This document shows, piece by piece, positions 32,198 through 42,187 of a stretch of DNA of 64,000 nucleotides. Numbering within the stretch: position 1 is the first letter of the stretch; the number at the start of each line of letters is the position of its first letter. Made by a program: the position numbers and the translations under genes. Under the pieces are notes generated by a model. The model ran no database searches. It was not told where the DNA came from and saw nothing but the letters and a program-made list of their open reading frames with translations. The DNA is from a virus: UHGV virus genome UHGV-1963645, one strand, 5' to 3'.

Positions 32198-33241
32198 TTA
32201 TCTAACGCTCGACGAGTGACTTGTGATAGCGCCGACTCCAAGCGCGTAATCAAAGAACAATCGTTGATGCATCGCCAGCCTACCGTGCGTCTTCTCCCAA
32301 TTATCGCGGTCACGCTCAATATCACGCTGGCATGACTGGCACAGAGGAATTGCGTAAATGTCATGCGCGCATAATCGACTATGACGAACGATATAAGGCG
32401 TAATGTGAGCGCCAGCTCCCGCCGCTCCACACCCACAGCATGGACGGGAAGCAACAAAGTCCATGTACTCAGGTAATTTTAGCGATTGCAGTTTTGGTAT
32501 TTTGAAATGCGCCATGCCAGGGTCGGAGTCAACATCCACAGGGCATACTTTTGCACGCATCGGCGCGGCGCGTTCTTCCATCATCTGAACATATGCTGTA
32601 GCGCGATCGTCATACGGGCGAATATCCGCCTCTTTCAGAGGTCCGCTATCCTGCGTTGCGGCTTTCATCTTATTTATTGATATACGGCAAACTTCTTCCG
32701 GCATCAGGTGCATCATGTTGCGCATGAAAGCCCACCAGCACAGTTCCTGAATACTTAAATCATGGCCATCTGAAAGCCCCATTTCCTGACGGGCGACATC
32801 CAGTATCCAGTTAACGCGATTATTATGCAGCGTTTCTTTCAGCTCATTAAAACCACGCATCCGGTAATGGTTATCGTGATGCCAGCACAACAACACCGCG
32901 CTATTGTCTCGTTCTGCGTGGACAATATGGTTGTCACACCAGCTACGATCTGCGGCCTGGCATTGCCCCTCTTTCCTGCGCAACCACGCCACCAGCGCGT
33001 CAATTCCACCAATACGGCGAAACAGTTCATCGCTGTTAAAAAACGGCTGCAACGCCTCATTTGTTGCCATAGTTTGCTCGGAAACAACGAGGCCGTCGTC
33101 CATGTGCTCGATTAACTCACGCGGCACCGGCTCCATAATAAATTTACGGCCAGCCTCCACCAGCTTTCTGACTTCCTGATCCACTTTGAATGTGGCGACG
33201 CCAAGCTCTTTTTGTACAAAGGGAGTAATTATGGCTTTCAC
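32198..33241 (-). CDS. pdcB: PdcB-like protein (post-doc), Cys-rich C-terminus
   Basis: 347 aa ORF between doc and lpa; synteny. Confidence 0.5.
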   Translation of the reverse strand: MKAIITPFVQKELGVATFKVDQEVRKLVEAGRKFIMEPVPRELIEHMDDGLVVSEQTMATNEALQPFFNSDELFRRIGGIDALVAWLRRKEGQCQAADRSWCDNHIVHAERDNSAVLLCWHHDNHYRMRGFNELKETLHNNRVNWILDVARQEMGLSDGHDLSIQELCWWAFMRNMMHLMPEEVCRISINKMKAATQDSGPLKEADIRPYDDRATAYVQMMEERAAPMRAKVCPVDVDSDPGMAHFKIPKLQSLKLPEYMDFVASRPCCGCGAAGAGAHITPYIVRHSRLCAHDIYAIPLCQSCQRDIERDRDNWEKTHGRLAMHQRLFFDYALGVGAITSHSSSVR

Positions 33242-33268
33242 ATCACACCTTTAATCACTGATTGGGCT

Positions 33269-33469
33269 TTATCTGCTGCCCGGCATTCTCTGTTTAAGCA
33301 CAACCATTTCCTGACGGCATAACACAGCAATAGCGGTCCTGACTCCAATTTGCTTACCAACCAGGTATTGCTTTACCTTGCGGCGGCTCACGCCATCAAG
33401 AAGCATCTTTAACGCTTCACGGGACAACTTGTTGTATTTACGTGCCATTAATCTACTCCGCAGAACCAT
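33269..33469 (-). CDS. pdcA: PdcA-like small basic protein
   Basis: 66 aa ORF overlapping doc 3' end; synteny. Confidence 0.4.
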   Translation of the reverse strand: MVLRSRLMARKYNKLSREALKMLLDGVSRRKVKQYLVGKQIGVRTAIAVLCRQEMVVLKQRMPGSR

Positions 33470-33833
33470 ACAATCTACGTAACGTGTCGGCGACAGAAGA
33501 TACAGATATCTCGCCAGTCGCAGCGCCTACGGTAAGGTCTGCCAGTTCAGGTGAATCAAATACCTGCACCCCGTTACGGCGTAGAAATAGCAGCGCACTG
33601 TTTAGCGCGGTACGCTTATTGGCATCATTGAATATATGCCCTCTCGCTGTAGCCACCAGGTAGGTGGCGGAGACTTCGAAAAGGTCGGTGATCTCTTCGT
33701 AGGCAACTCTGGCCTGAACTCTCCCGATAATGGCCTCTGCCCTACCCGGATCAGACATTCCCGGCAGGCCGCCGTAGCGGCTTATATTCGCATCATGAAG
33801 CGCAACAAGTTCTTCCGGTGATATATGTCTCAT
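33453..33833 (-). CDS. doc: Doc toxin (Fic-fold)
   Basis: 126 aa starting [25 protein letters not shown]; 1-nt overlap with phd. Confidence 0.95.
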
Positions 33834-34054
33834 TATCGGTTAACCAGTTCCTTGTTGGTGGAGTCCAGGGTGTCAAACAGGGATGCAAATTCAGCATCCA
33901 GCGCCGCTTTTTTGTAGGCTTCGAAAGTAGCCTTGCTGACAATTACTGCTGGCTCACGGCCTCTGCGGGTGATTTCAACCTCTTCCCCGGCTTCAACATT
34001 GTTGAGCACTTCAGAAAGGTTGCCGCGCGCGGTACGGAAGTTAATGGATTGCAT
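33833..34054 (-). CDS. phd: Phd antitoxin
   Basis: 73 aa starting [39 protein letters not shown]; track ORF starts 2 codons earlier. Confidence 0.95.
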   Translation of the reverse strand: MQSINFRTARGNLSEVLNNVEAGEEVEITRRGREPAVIVSKATFEAYKKAALDAEFASLFDTLDSTNKELVNR

Positions 34055-34126
34055 AAACACCTCGTGTACTCGTTATGTGTACACAATTATAAACTTCACA
34101 GGCATAAAGCACCAGCACTTTGCAGC

Positions 34127-34516
34127 TTAAATAACCGGACAATCATCAAATTCCCCACTTCGGGCATCATTGATGACATGAGTGATCACACCAAAAACAG
34201 CATTACTGCCCGTGTATCCATCGTCATCTACTGGTAACGCCTCTTTCTTCCCGGTGCTTAAGTCCTCCAGGTGCTGGCGCGGATACTTCCTGTATCTCTT
34301 TATGCGATATTCACCCTCCATAGCGCACACAAGCAGAGAACCATCAACCGGAGTAAGCGAGGAATCAACCACCAGCAAAGCTCCCTGCAATATTCCCTCA
34401 CGGTGATGGCTATCAGCTGCCCGCATGAAGTAGGTCGCTGAAGGATGTCTAATTATCTGCTGATCAAGAGAAATTCGGCTTTCAACATAATCCGCCGCAG
34501 GAGAAGGGAAGCCCAT
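34127..34516 (-). CDS. humD: HumD, UmuD'-like S24 peptidase-fold protein
   Basis: 129 aa with UmuD-like C-terminal region (VFGVITHVI); LexA box immediately upstream. Confidence 0.85.
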   Translation of the reverse strand: MGFPSPAADYVESRISLDQQIIRHPSATYFMRAADSHHREGILQGALLVVDSSLTPVDGSLLVCAMEGEYRIKRYRKYPRQHLEDLSTGKKEALPVDDDGYTGSNAVFGVITHVINDARSGEFDDCPVI

Positions 34517-34534
34517 AGCGTTTTACCTCAATGA

Positions 34535-34554
34535 TACTGTTTATTCATACAGTA
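34535..34554. promoter_or_regulatory. LexA (SOS) box
   Basis: TACTGT-TTATTCAT-ACAGTA, perfect CTGT-N8-ACAG palindrome 20 bp upstream of humD. Confidence 0.8.
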
Positions 34555-34639
34555 TACATTGAAAAGGCATAGTTTGTGAAAGCGGGGTTTGTAGGCGCGC
34601 CACGCTGGGGGCTAATCACATTTCTCCCCCATCTTGCCG

Positions 34640-34891
34640 TTATTTTTTTGGTGCATCCTCGTTCTGATACACCGGATCGCTCCCTTTTGGCAACTGGAGG
34701 CTTAACTGCCGGTAGTGCCGTAGCCGTTCCATGAAATAGGCGCGCAGGTTTTCCGGTTGCTCACGGGCCACCTGCTCTGCAATCACAGGTATATTCAGCC
34801 GTTCTTTGTAAGCAACGCCGCTGGCGGCAAGGTCTACGTTCACCTTGTCTCGCTCTTCCTGGCTTTTAGCTGCTATATTTCGATCTGACAC
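34640..34891 (-). CDS. hot: Hot, homologue of DNA polymerase III theta subunit (HolE)
   Basis: 83 aa; [36 protein letters not shown] aligns with E. coli HolE; GTG start with GGAGG SD. Confidence 0.85.
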   Translation of the reverse strand: MSDRNIAAKSQEERDKVNVDLAASGVAYKERLNIPVIAEQVAREQPENLRAYFMERLRHYRQLSLQLPKGSDPVYQNEDAPKK

Positions 34892-34923
34892 AAGAAACCT
34901 CCAGGAGTTAGTGGATCAGGCAC

Positions 34924-35274
34924 ATGCACAATAACGTTCTCAATGTTAGCCGTTCAATTCAGACAATCAGAGACTGCACCAGTGTGGTGGCATCAATCCC
35001 ATTGCGAAACAGCATAGACGAACTGCAAATTCGTGTATTGAATCCGAATCAGGCTAATAAGCAATTGCGCTTTATTTTGACGCTGAAAAGTGAAACAGAG
35101 GGGATAAAGCACAGCGTAAAAGTGTTTTCTGAGGCCATTCTGCTTAATGGGAAGCTCCGGCATCTGGTAAGGCCAGAACGTCAATATCCTGACGTCCTGG
35201 CGCGTGAAAAAGACCTTCTTTCTGAAGTTCAGGATAGGGTGATCGATTTCGTCAAATGCTATCCCCTGCATTGA
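34924..35274 (+). CDS. hypothetical protein on opposite strand to flanking operon
   Basis: 116 aa ORF filling a 367-bp gap between minus-strand genes; weak RBS; no domain recognised. Confidence 0.3.
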   Translation: MHNNVLNVSRSIQTIRDCTSVVASIPLRNSIDELQIRVLNPNQANKQLRFILTLKSETEGIKHSVKVFSEAILLNGKLRHLVRPERQYPDVLAREKDLLSEVQDRVIDFVKCYPLH

Positions 35275-35624
35275 GGGCAGGTGTTCCCTTCCGCAAAGTA
35301 GGGAAAATTGCTATCAAGTTCATCACACCATCTGCGATGGTCGTAGCACCAAAACGCCTCCCACGGTGCACGGAAATACTTCATCCACCAGGACACTCGA
35401 TCAGGTATATCTGCTGGTGGCAGTTCTTCTGGCAATAATTTGCCTGATAATTCCCTTTCCGCCCGCGACAGCATTTTTTTGAGGCTCGCGTTCTCTTTTT
35501 CAAGCTCATCTACGCGCACCTGTAATTCAGCTTTCGTTGGCATGGTCCACCTCATGCTTTTCAGCCACCAGCGGCAATAAAGCCCTGGCCATCTTATGAA
35601 CCAATAGTGCATCAATAATGCCAA
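35259..35624 (-). CDS. hypothetical protein with coiled-coil and C-terminal Cys cluster
   Basis: 121 aa ORF; probable true start at internal Met (MPTKAELQVRV). Confidence 0.45.
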   Translation of the reverse strand: MALLMHYWFIRWPGLYCRWWLKSMRWTMPTKAELQVRVDELEKENASLKKMLSRAERELSGKLLPEELPPADIPDRVSWWMKYFRAPWEAFWCYDHRRWCDELDSNFPYFAEGNTCPQCRG

Positions 35625-36609
35625 GCGTATGCCCCGGCTTAATGTTTAATGCCGCCTCAAGGCGACACCTTTCCAGGCCACTTTTCTCGGCTTGTTTATG
35701 ATGATCTGGTGTAATAACGTCGCCCAAAACACGGCTAATTCTTTCTCGTAATTGCTGGGTGCCAGCACACTTGATCGCTGTATCGTGGAGACGGTTAACC
35801 AGTTCGCGATAAACATGCGGCTTAATTCGGATACGTTCACCGGTGACGCCCTTTCCTGGTGCTGGCACCGAACTATCCGGAATATCCGGATAGTTGCCAG
35901 CCAGTCTACGCAAAACAGCCTTAACAGCCTCAATACGGTCATCATCGCAACTTTCCAGCGTATCTATGCGATCGAGCATGATGATGGCGTTATCAATATC
36001 AGGATTGCCGGTCCACTCATTACCGCGATTGGATTCGGCAGTCTGGTTGCCGCGTACTGGTTGATTCTCGGCTTTACCCTGTCTGTCGTTGCTGCATGAA
36101 TGCCCTTCCAGCCAGACCAGTGCTTGTCGCATGAAATACGCAATATGCTTGCCGTGGTAATCGTCTTCATCGATGTGAAAAGCGATACTGCGGATATATT
36201 CAATTGCGTTTTCAATGGCCTCTAACGCTATCGGTGCTGGCGGAGTGGTATATAGTTTTCGACATTTGTTTATCCAACCGGCATGGTCAGGCGTGTCTGT
36301 AAAGCGCAAATCGTCTTCGTAGCACTCACGACTTCGTTCTTTCCATTCCGTCCACGGAACACCGCTATTCCAGGTGGGACGAGTGCAGGACTGATACAGA
36401 ACAGGCTCTGCTTCCAGTGATGCCAGTGCAATCCGTGCCAGCTCACGCACAACTTCCGGCGGCGCGTAACGGTCATTCAGGTCATCCCACAGGCGTAGCA
36501 TGTTATCGCTACCAGGGTGAACATCCTCGTTAGTTCCGGCCAGCGCACTAATAACCTCATCGGCTGCTTCAATAATTTTCTGTGCCTGTTCTCTGGTAAT
36601 AGTGGTCAT
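35527..36609 (-). CDS. hypothetical protein, MTTIT-family paralogue 1
   Basis: 360 aa; N-terminus MTTITREQAQ...ELARIALASLEAEP shared with 37042-37437 and 37645-38109. Confidence 0.6.
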   Translation of the reverse strand: MTTITREQAQKIIEAADEVISALAGTNEDVHPGSDNMLRLWDDLNDRYAPPEVVRELARIALASLEAEPVLYQSCTRPTWNSGVPWTEWKERSRECYEDDLRFTDTPDHAGWINKCRKLYTTPPAPIALEAIENAIEYIRSIAFHIDEDDYHGKHIAYFMRQALVWLEGHSCSNDRQGKAENQPVRGNQTAESNRGNEWTGNPDIDNAIIMLDRIDTLESCDDDRIEAVKAVLRRLAGNYPDIPDSSVPAPGKGVTGERIRIKPHVYRELVNRLHDTAIKCAGTQQLRERISRVLGDVITPDHHKQAEKSGLERCRLEAALNIKPGHTLGIIDALLVHKMARALLPLVAEKHEVDHANES

Positions 36610-36619
36610 TTGTTATGCC

Positions 36620-36889
36620 TCAATACACGAAATCTGTTTTAAATTCATGGTTACATTCTGGACAGCATGTTTCGTAACCTTTTATTTCTTCACATGCCTG
36701 TTTAGCTCCAGAAAACTCCCAGAAATCAGCATCACAAAGCAGATCGAAATTGTGACCGCATTTTGGGCATTCGGTATCAAGTGACAGATTCCAGTAAGCA
36801 GTGGTGTTTTTATCCATATCAGTCTCCTTTACCCGCTGCTTTCTCCTGCTCTTTAGCAAGCCGCTCCGCTTCTCTGAAATCCCAGTCAA
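36620..36889 (-). CDS. zinc-ribbon small protein
   Basis: CPKCGH...CCPECNH; start probably internal Met MDKNTTAYWN. Confidence 0.5.
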   Translation of the reverse strand: MTGISEKRSGLLKSRRKQRVKETDMDKNTTAYWNLSLDTECPKCGHNFDLLCDADFWEFSGAKQACEEIKGYETCCPECNHEFKTDFVY

Positions 36890-37040
36890 CTCGACGTGCT
36901 ATATCAATTGCAGAACGCACGGTACGTTCAATTAGCGTATCCAGATTATCGATTGTCATTGCCATATCTGGATTGCGAGATAAAATCTCCGCCCTCTGAA
37001 TCTGCCAGTTGTTGCAGGTTTCAAGTAATGAGTTAGCCAT
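36819..37040 (-). CDS. hypothetical small protein
   Basis: 73 aa from ATG 1 nt after upstream stop. Confidence 0.5.
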   Translation of the reverse strand: MANSLLETCNNWQIQRAEILSRNPDMAMTIDNLDTLIERTVRSAIDIARRVDWDFREAERLAKEQEKAAGKGD

Positions 37041-37041
37041 A

Positions 37042-37437
37042 TCACTTTCCTTTCCCATGAAGCATAGCCGCGCGGCAGGCATTCCAGCCTCTCACCTCTG
37101 CAATAGCGGCAACAGCATCAACCGCGTACATGCTAAGAGGATTAGGCATTGGTTTTTCTTCCGGTACTACTGGCGCTGGAGGGGCGGCGTAAATACCCTC
37201 TATCACTAAATGTTTGCGCTCAAAATCATCTGGCTCTCGATGATATACGTAACTCCAATCACCAAGGTTATCATTGCGCCTGCAACGGAAACCTATCGGC
37301 TCGACTTCCAGCGCTGCCAGAGCAATTCGTGCCAGTTCTTCCGCTTCTTCTGCTGGCAGTACAACGTTGCTACCAGGTCCGTATGTTTCGCGCCACTGCT
37401 TGATTGTCAGCAGTCGCTCTTTGGTTATAGTGGTCAT
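37042..37437 (-). CDS. hypothetical protein, MTTIT-family paralogue 2
   Basis: 131 aa; MTTITKERLL...ELARIALAALEVEP. Confidence 0.6.
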   Translation of the reverse strand: MTTITKERLLTIKQWRETYGPGSNVVLPAEEAEELARIALAALEVEPIGFRCRRNDNLGDWSYVYHREPDDFERKHLVIEGIYAAPPAPVVPEEKPMPNPLSMYAVDAVAAIAEVRGWNACRAAMLHGKGK

Positions 37438-37643
37438 TTGTTAATCCTCAAAACTTTATGCCCGGGCGCAAAAGCACGCGTTTTGTCTTTGCTTATTCGC
37501 CAGCCATCCTTGCGCGCCTCTTTTGCACAGCCAGCCCATGACGTACCGATATACTCACCGAAGTCTGGCACTGGATATACACCTTCCGTACACTGGCGGC
37601 AGTCACAATAGAGATGCATTGTGTAACTTGCGGCAATAGCCAT
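37434..37643 (-). CDS. Cys-rich small protein
   Basis: 69 aa, CDCRQC motif, coupled to neighbours. Confidence 0.5.
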   Translation of the reverse strand: MAIAASYTMHLYCDCRQCTEGVYPVPDFGEYIGTSWAGCAKEARKDGWRISKDKTRAFAPGHKVLRINK

Positions 37644-37644
37644 A

Positions 37645-38109
37645 TCACCCTCCTTTACCCTGAAGCATGGCGTCGCTCCGCTCTATACTATCCAGCGCGA
37701 TTCGCAGTGCCTGAATTGTGGTAGTGCTATCGTTTGGGGCTATTCCATATCGCTCGAATACAGCTAAATGGTTGCGCATAATCTCAGGCGTAAGCTCTTT
37801 GTAAGCATAAGCAAGAGGCTCTGATGCATTATCCGGCACAACCGACGCAGGCGCGGCAGCATAAACAGGAATAACGTCCGCTTGCTCTTTATTGCTTTCA
37901 TCCGTTAAAGCCCAGAATAATTTCCCGGCCGGATGTTTGAAAATATAAGCAACTGGTTCTGCACTATCAGCTTCGCGCCGCTTCTGTAGCTCTGCTGCCA
38001 TTGCTCTCACGACTTCAACTGGTGCCCTTGCAGCAAACTCTATGTTGGTGATCAGCTCATTAAGATATTGCTCGCTGGGATACTGTTTCTTATTGGTAAT
38101 AGTGATCAT
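37645..38109 (-). CDS. hypothetical protein, MTTIT-family paralogue 3
   Basis: 154 aa starting MITITNKKQY; AAAPASVVP motif shared with paralogues. Confidence 0.6.
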   Translation of the reverse strand: MITITNKKQYPSEQYLNELITNIEFAARAPVEVVRAMAAELQKRREADSAEPVAYIFKHPAGKLFWALTDESNKEQADVIPVYAAAPASVVPDNASEPLAYAYKELTPEIMRNHLAVFERYGIAPNDSTTTIQALRIALDSIERSDAMLQGKGG

Positions 38110-38621
38110 GCCGCGTTTCCTTCTTTCTTATTAACAATTACACCGTCATATATTTCATTAAGGTGCCCTCTCAACTCCATGCGCCTTAATGCAGATAACA
38201 TGTAATCGCATTCAACCTGCTTATTTCCAGTAAATGGCTTATCGTCAGGATTACCCCAACAGCAATTACCCTTGGGCCACCCATGTACTTTCCGTACTCT
38301 TCCGTTAACAACGTGAAGTAATCCCCAGCCAGGTGGTAAATCCTCAATTGAAATAATTCCCGGCTCACTAATAAAGAATCGCCAGTCGCCCATTCCAAGA
38401 GACGGATTTTTACGGAAACGCTTTTTTCTATCTGCCAACAAGTCAGCACGAGAACACTTCGCCTCTATCAAGCATGATGCTGAACTTCTGAATCCCATAG
38501 CATCTGGCTGTTCTCCGGTGCTGGTTACAGCTATAAAGCGGTCATGAAAGCAAACCTTGAACCCGTTGCGCTTAAGGAACTTGTACGCAATCTGACAGAG
38601 TTCGCGGTGTGTTAACGCCAT
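38106..38621 (-). CDS. hypothetical protein, possible PD-(D/E)xK nuclease fold
   Basis: 171 aa from ATG with AAGGAG SD; D...EAK motif (PDAMGF...LIEAKCS). Confidence 0.5.
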   Translation of the reverse strand: MALTHRELCQIAYKFLKRNGFKVCFHDRFIAVTSTGEQPDAMGFRSSASCLIEAKCSRADLLADRKKRFRKNPSLGMGDWRFFISEPGIISIEDLPPGWGLLHVVNGRVRKVHGWPKGNCCWGNPDDKPFTGNKQVECDYMLSALRRMELRGHLNEIYDGVIVNKKEGNAA

Positions 38622-38989
38622 CTCACTCTCCTTTAGTGCGCAGATAACAGTGGTTTTTCCAGCGGTTTTGCGCCGCGCTGGGCTTTTTGCAAAAACCACA
38701 ATCCATCATCCCGTAATATTTCATCAACCCCATCCGTCGGTTGCTGAGTCTCACCCACTGCCAGACGCCAGGAGCGTTTCTACGAACTAACAGAATCTTT
38801 GCTTTACGGTTTTTCATCGCTTTGCTCTCCTGCGTCTCTTTGCTGCTCGTCGTGCCGCTGCAATACCGGTATGGCGGCGCTTTGGTGCCGGGATGATGTT
38901 GTCAGCCATCAGGACATGTGGCTTTGCAATTAGCGCAGAAGCCCAAAAACGAGTCGGGTACGGTAACAAGCCGATACATGCCACACGCA

Positions 38990-39712
38990 TTACTCACCTC
39001 CTTTGATGCGAATGCCTGCGGCGCGGATTGCAGCGATGACTTCAGAAACTTTGTATGCCATTACCGTTTGGTAATCATCGTGAAAATCTGTTCGATGAAG
39101 CATGCTGCTACGTTCCGGGAGCGATATTTCCCGAGCATCCAGTTCCTTAACGCGTTCCTCCAGTTCGTAGACCCTGCATTGTTCTCTATCATCAATCAGA
39201 TATAACCCAAGACATTCGCTTTCTACCCAACCGCCAAAATCATGATCGTAACGCTCACATGAAAACTCACCGTCACCGTCCTTTGTTGGAATGGTGTAAC
39301 TATCTAATGGGCCACCATATGTCGGCACATTTCCCAATGTTGGATGCTCAATCCACATGAAAAATGCACGTCCGGTTATTGGGCAAATATCTGGCCGCCA
39401 TTGGTTACGAACAGCCTTGGTTTCGGATAATTCTTCAGCGTGTTGTTTTACTTCCTCAAGCTCAACTCTCAGCTTCCCTACCGTTAGCGCAATATCCCCG
39501 TTCTTTCTTTCCCGTTCATCCAGCAGCGCCAGCACGGTTTCTGGTCCGGTCAGAAATTTGAAGGCGTTGAGCGCATCAATATCCACACCGTAATCTTTAA
39601 GTTCCTGTTCACTTAACAAATCATCATCAGCTGGCAACATTAACAGGCGTTCCATTGCTGGAATTGCACGTTCCGCCGCCTCACGCAGTGCCTGGTAATT
39701 AATTTCGCTCAC
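38990..39712 (-). CDS. Ea22/ead-like protein, paralogue A
   Basis: 240 aa starting MSEINYQALREAAERA; shares N-terminal motif with 39709-40374. Confidence 0.6.
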   Translation of the reverse strand: MSEINYQALREAAERAIPAMERLLMLPADDDLLSEQELKDYGVDIDALNAFKFLTGPETVLALLDERERKNGDIALTVGKLRVELEEVKQHAEELSETKAVRNQWRPDICPITGRAFFMWIEHPTLGNVPTYGGPLDSYTIPTKDGDGEFSCERYDHDFGGWVESECLGLYLIDDREQCRVYELEERVKELDAREISLPERSSMLHRTDFHDDYQTVMAYKVSEVIAAIRAAGIRIKGGE

Positions 39713-40374
39713 TGGTTGCCTCCTTTGCGAAGCTGGGCAGCAAAGTCAACTAACCACTCAGTCATTTCAACCTTCCCTACCAGGTCTGAACCAGGGTGCA
39801 TACAGCAATCACTCTGCGCCGCTTTGAAATCCTTATACTCATATTCTTGGGCCACCAGATTTTTTGCAGCTTCTATAGCAGCATCCACCCCCTGCGCCCG
39901 CACTTCAGACAGGAAAGCATCGGTAGCTGGAGTTTCGCTGTGGTGCAGGGCATCGTTGATAATCATTGCAGCAACTCCGGCCTGCCCTGCATCCGTGACC
40001 GACACATGCTCAAGAGTTACGGCCATTGCGTGTTTCAGCCCAGCGTTCTCCGCCACCAGCGCCGCGAGATTAGTCTCAAGCTCTGCAATTCGACACATAG
40101 CATCAATATTTGTGTCCTCCAGGCGCTTAATTTCATCCAGTAGAGCCAGCACAACTTTGGGTGGGATAGCCGCGATATAACGGGCATTGGCACCAGCGTT
40201 TCTCTGTCCATCAATGCCAGGCCAGTCAATAAAGTATCCGCAATGCCTACCCTCAGACGTATGCGCAGGATAAGTGCCGTTTTGCCCCGGCAAAATATAT
40301 GCTACCCATTCATCTTGCGTTGCCTGTTCCGCCGCCTCGCGCAGTACCTGATAGTCAATTGTCATTCTCGCCAT
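39709..40374 (-). CDS. Ea22/ead-like protein, paralogue B
   Basis: 221 aa starting MARMTIDYQVLREAAEQA. Confidence 0.6.
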   Translation of the reverse strand: MARMTIDYQVLREAAEQATQDEWVAYILPGQNGTYPAHTSEGRHCGYFIDWPGIDGQRNAGANARYIAAIPPKVVLALLDEIKRLEDTNIDAMCRIAELETNLAALVAENAGLKHAMAVTLEHVSVTDAGQAGVAAMIINDALHHSETPATDAFLSEVRAQGVDAAIEAAKNLVAQEYEYKDFKAAQSDCCMHPGSDLVGKVEMTEWLVDFAAQLRKGGNQ

Positions 40375-41006
40375 CCTTCACAGTTGTAATCACTACAGCC
40401 TTCAAAATCATATGGGCTGTACTGCCAGGTGATTTTTCCGCAATGCGGACAATTCCAACGCACCTTCCCGCTTCGCGACTTCTTTCTTCTGTTCTGCTCT
40501 TTCAACCAGTCAGGCATGACCAAACCTGCGCCCTGAACCATTGTTCTGCGGTTAAAGTTATTGATATTGAACGTCCGGCGCTTTGCTGCATCAGCAATGG
40601 AAAATGGCAACCAAACTATTCCTGGTTCGTTTTTGTTGGCGACGCTAAAGATGGTCGCTTTACTGAAGTCATCTGTTGGCAATCCACCGTGTTGAAGCCA
40701 GTAAACATCGTTGCCGTTCCAGCTACCTTTTTTGTAGGCCACATACGCAGTGCAATCTGACTCAATCAGGCTTTCTGTAGGGATGTACTGGCAATCAACG
40801 TGCCACACAGCCATTGCATCCACACTATCGGCACAAACAGGCTGATCGATATCTCGCCCACAACTCCAGGCTTTTTGGGCTTCTTCCAGCGTGTAAACAT
40901 GAGCGCGATCGATATCAGAACTGTAACCATTGCCGTTATGGCAATGGAATGAGGCGTTATTACCCACAGTTTCACGCAAGCACATCATGTAAAAGCGGTT
41001 ATTCAC
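40362..41006 (-). CDS. hypothetical Cys-rich protein
   Basis: 214 aa; C-terminal CPHCG...C..YNCEGW. Confidence 0.55.
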   Translation of the reverse strand: MNNRFYMMCLRETVGNNASFHCHNGNGYSSDIDRAHVYTLEEAQKAWSCGRDIDQPVCADSVDAMAVWHVDCQYIPTESLIESDCTAYVAYKKGSWNGNDVYWLQHGGLPTDDFSKATIFSVANKNEPGIVWLPFSIADAAKRRTFNINNFNRRTMVQGAGLVMPDWLKEQNRRKKSRSGKVRWNCPHCGKITWQYSPYDFEGCSDYNCEGWRE

Positions 41007-41283
41007 TGGTTGCCTCCGCTTCCCACGTTTTCAGACTTTCACCACAGAACGGGCAAAATGAAACTCGAATAGGCGATTTAGAAAATTCACCAGACCGCAG
41101 CATGATCAGGTCTTGTGAATGAATTAATTCATGGTTATAGATTTTGTATTTCAGCAGACCTTTTCGCGTCGTGTATTCAGCGTCATGCTCCAGGGATTGT
41201 GCCAACGCCGCGCACGGTTCTATCTTGTTGCCATTAATTTGGCATTTTGACTCACTCACTGGTTGCCCCCTGAATACGCTCAA
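40999..41283 (-). CDS. hypothetical small protein
   Basis: 94 aa ORF coupled to neighbours. Confidence 0.5.
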   Translation of the reverse strand: MSVFRGQPVSESKCQINGNKIEPCAALAQSLEHDAEYTTRKGLLKYKIYNHELIHSQDLIMLRSGEFSKSPIRVSFCPFCGESLKTWEAEATSE

Positions 41284-41992
41284 ACTCGATTACCCACACC
41301 CAGGGATTAGCGTTCCAGCTTTCTTCACCATAGATGGATTCCCACAGGCGCTGGAACGCAACCTTGGCCATTGCGAAATCTCCCTTGGGAGTTAGGAATG
41401 TTCCCGGGTGATCAGGAAGCAAACTTCCAGCAGGCTGAACGCCCTCATCCCTTGCATCGCATTCGCTGATATCGTTCAACCGCTCAACGCGCACGTTGGT
41501 AATTTCCAACAGAATGCGTGATGCCCATCGCGGCATGTGAATTGATGGACGCCACCCACCATCAAACTTTTCATTCACAGTGTGAGGTTTCCAGTCGGCA
41601 TCATCGGGTATCGACCATAAACCGTAATCACCAGGCTTTTGCTCACAACTGGCCCGATAAATCCTTGCTGCGTTCTTCTCATCGCCACGACAAAGGTTGT
41701 CGTTCCAGTCCACACTGCAACCATCTTCATTGCCTAATATCGCCCATGTTTCACGAACCCAAATTCGATCGCCGACGATACCAAAGGGGCAATTGAAAAC
41801 ACTGCTTACACCATCAGCCCCGTACCACTGAAAACCTGCACCAATTTTTCTAACCATCACTGGTGCTTCTGGACCAACTTCCGCAGGCTGATTTTTCATT
41901 ATCCGCCGCGTCTGCGTTTTCCTTCCTTCGAGGATGGCCCGGACCATCTCATCGTTGAAAATCATGCCGCGCTCTTTCACTTCGCCTTTCAT
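41252..41992 (-). CDS. hypothetical protein (possible ASCH/PUA-like N-terminus)
   Basis: 246 aa; N-terminal FNDEMVRAILEGRKTQTRR motif. Confidence 0.55.
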   Translation of the reverse strand: MKGEVKERGMIFNDEMVRAILEGRKTQTRRIMKNQPAEVGPEAPVMVRKIGAGFQWYGADGVSSVFNCPFGIVGDRIWVRETWAILGNEDGCSVDWNDNLCRGDEKNAARIYRASCEQKPGDYGLWSIPDDADWKPHTVNEKFDGGWRPSIHMPRWASRILLEITNVRVERLNDISECDARDEGVQPAGSLLPDHPGTFLTPKGDFAMAKVAFQRLWESIYGEESWNANPWVWVIEFERIQGATSE

Positions 41993-42116
41993 GCATCCCC
42001 CTTACCCATGCGCGACGATGCCGCCAAAAGTGATAGAGAACAGCCAGAAATAGATCGCGGCCATAATGATTTTGAATGCCGTGTTCATATTTTCAGCTCC
42101 TGTGATTGATTGGATA

Positions 42117-42147
42117 CATGCCGCGCCTTGCGGCATGTTTTTATTTT
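42117..42147 (+). terminator. plus-strand rho-independent terminator inside a minus-strand gene block
   Basis: CATGCCGC-GCCTT-GCGGCATG then TTTTTATTTT. Confidence 0.4.
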
Positions 42148-42170
42148 CACTTTCTCTGTTTTAAAAATCA

Positions 42171-42187
42171 AGATTTATTAGAGCAAT
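42171..42187 (-). promoter_or_regulatory. C1 operator (1 mismatch)
   Basis: AGATTTATTAGAGCAAT at 3' end of pap-like gene. Confidence 0.65.

Noticed and set aside
34993-35271. 92-aa minus-strand ORF overlapping the 116-aa plus-strand ORF
   Set aside because: No RBS and low-complexity composition; at most one of the two overlapping frames is real, and the plus frame is longer
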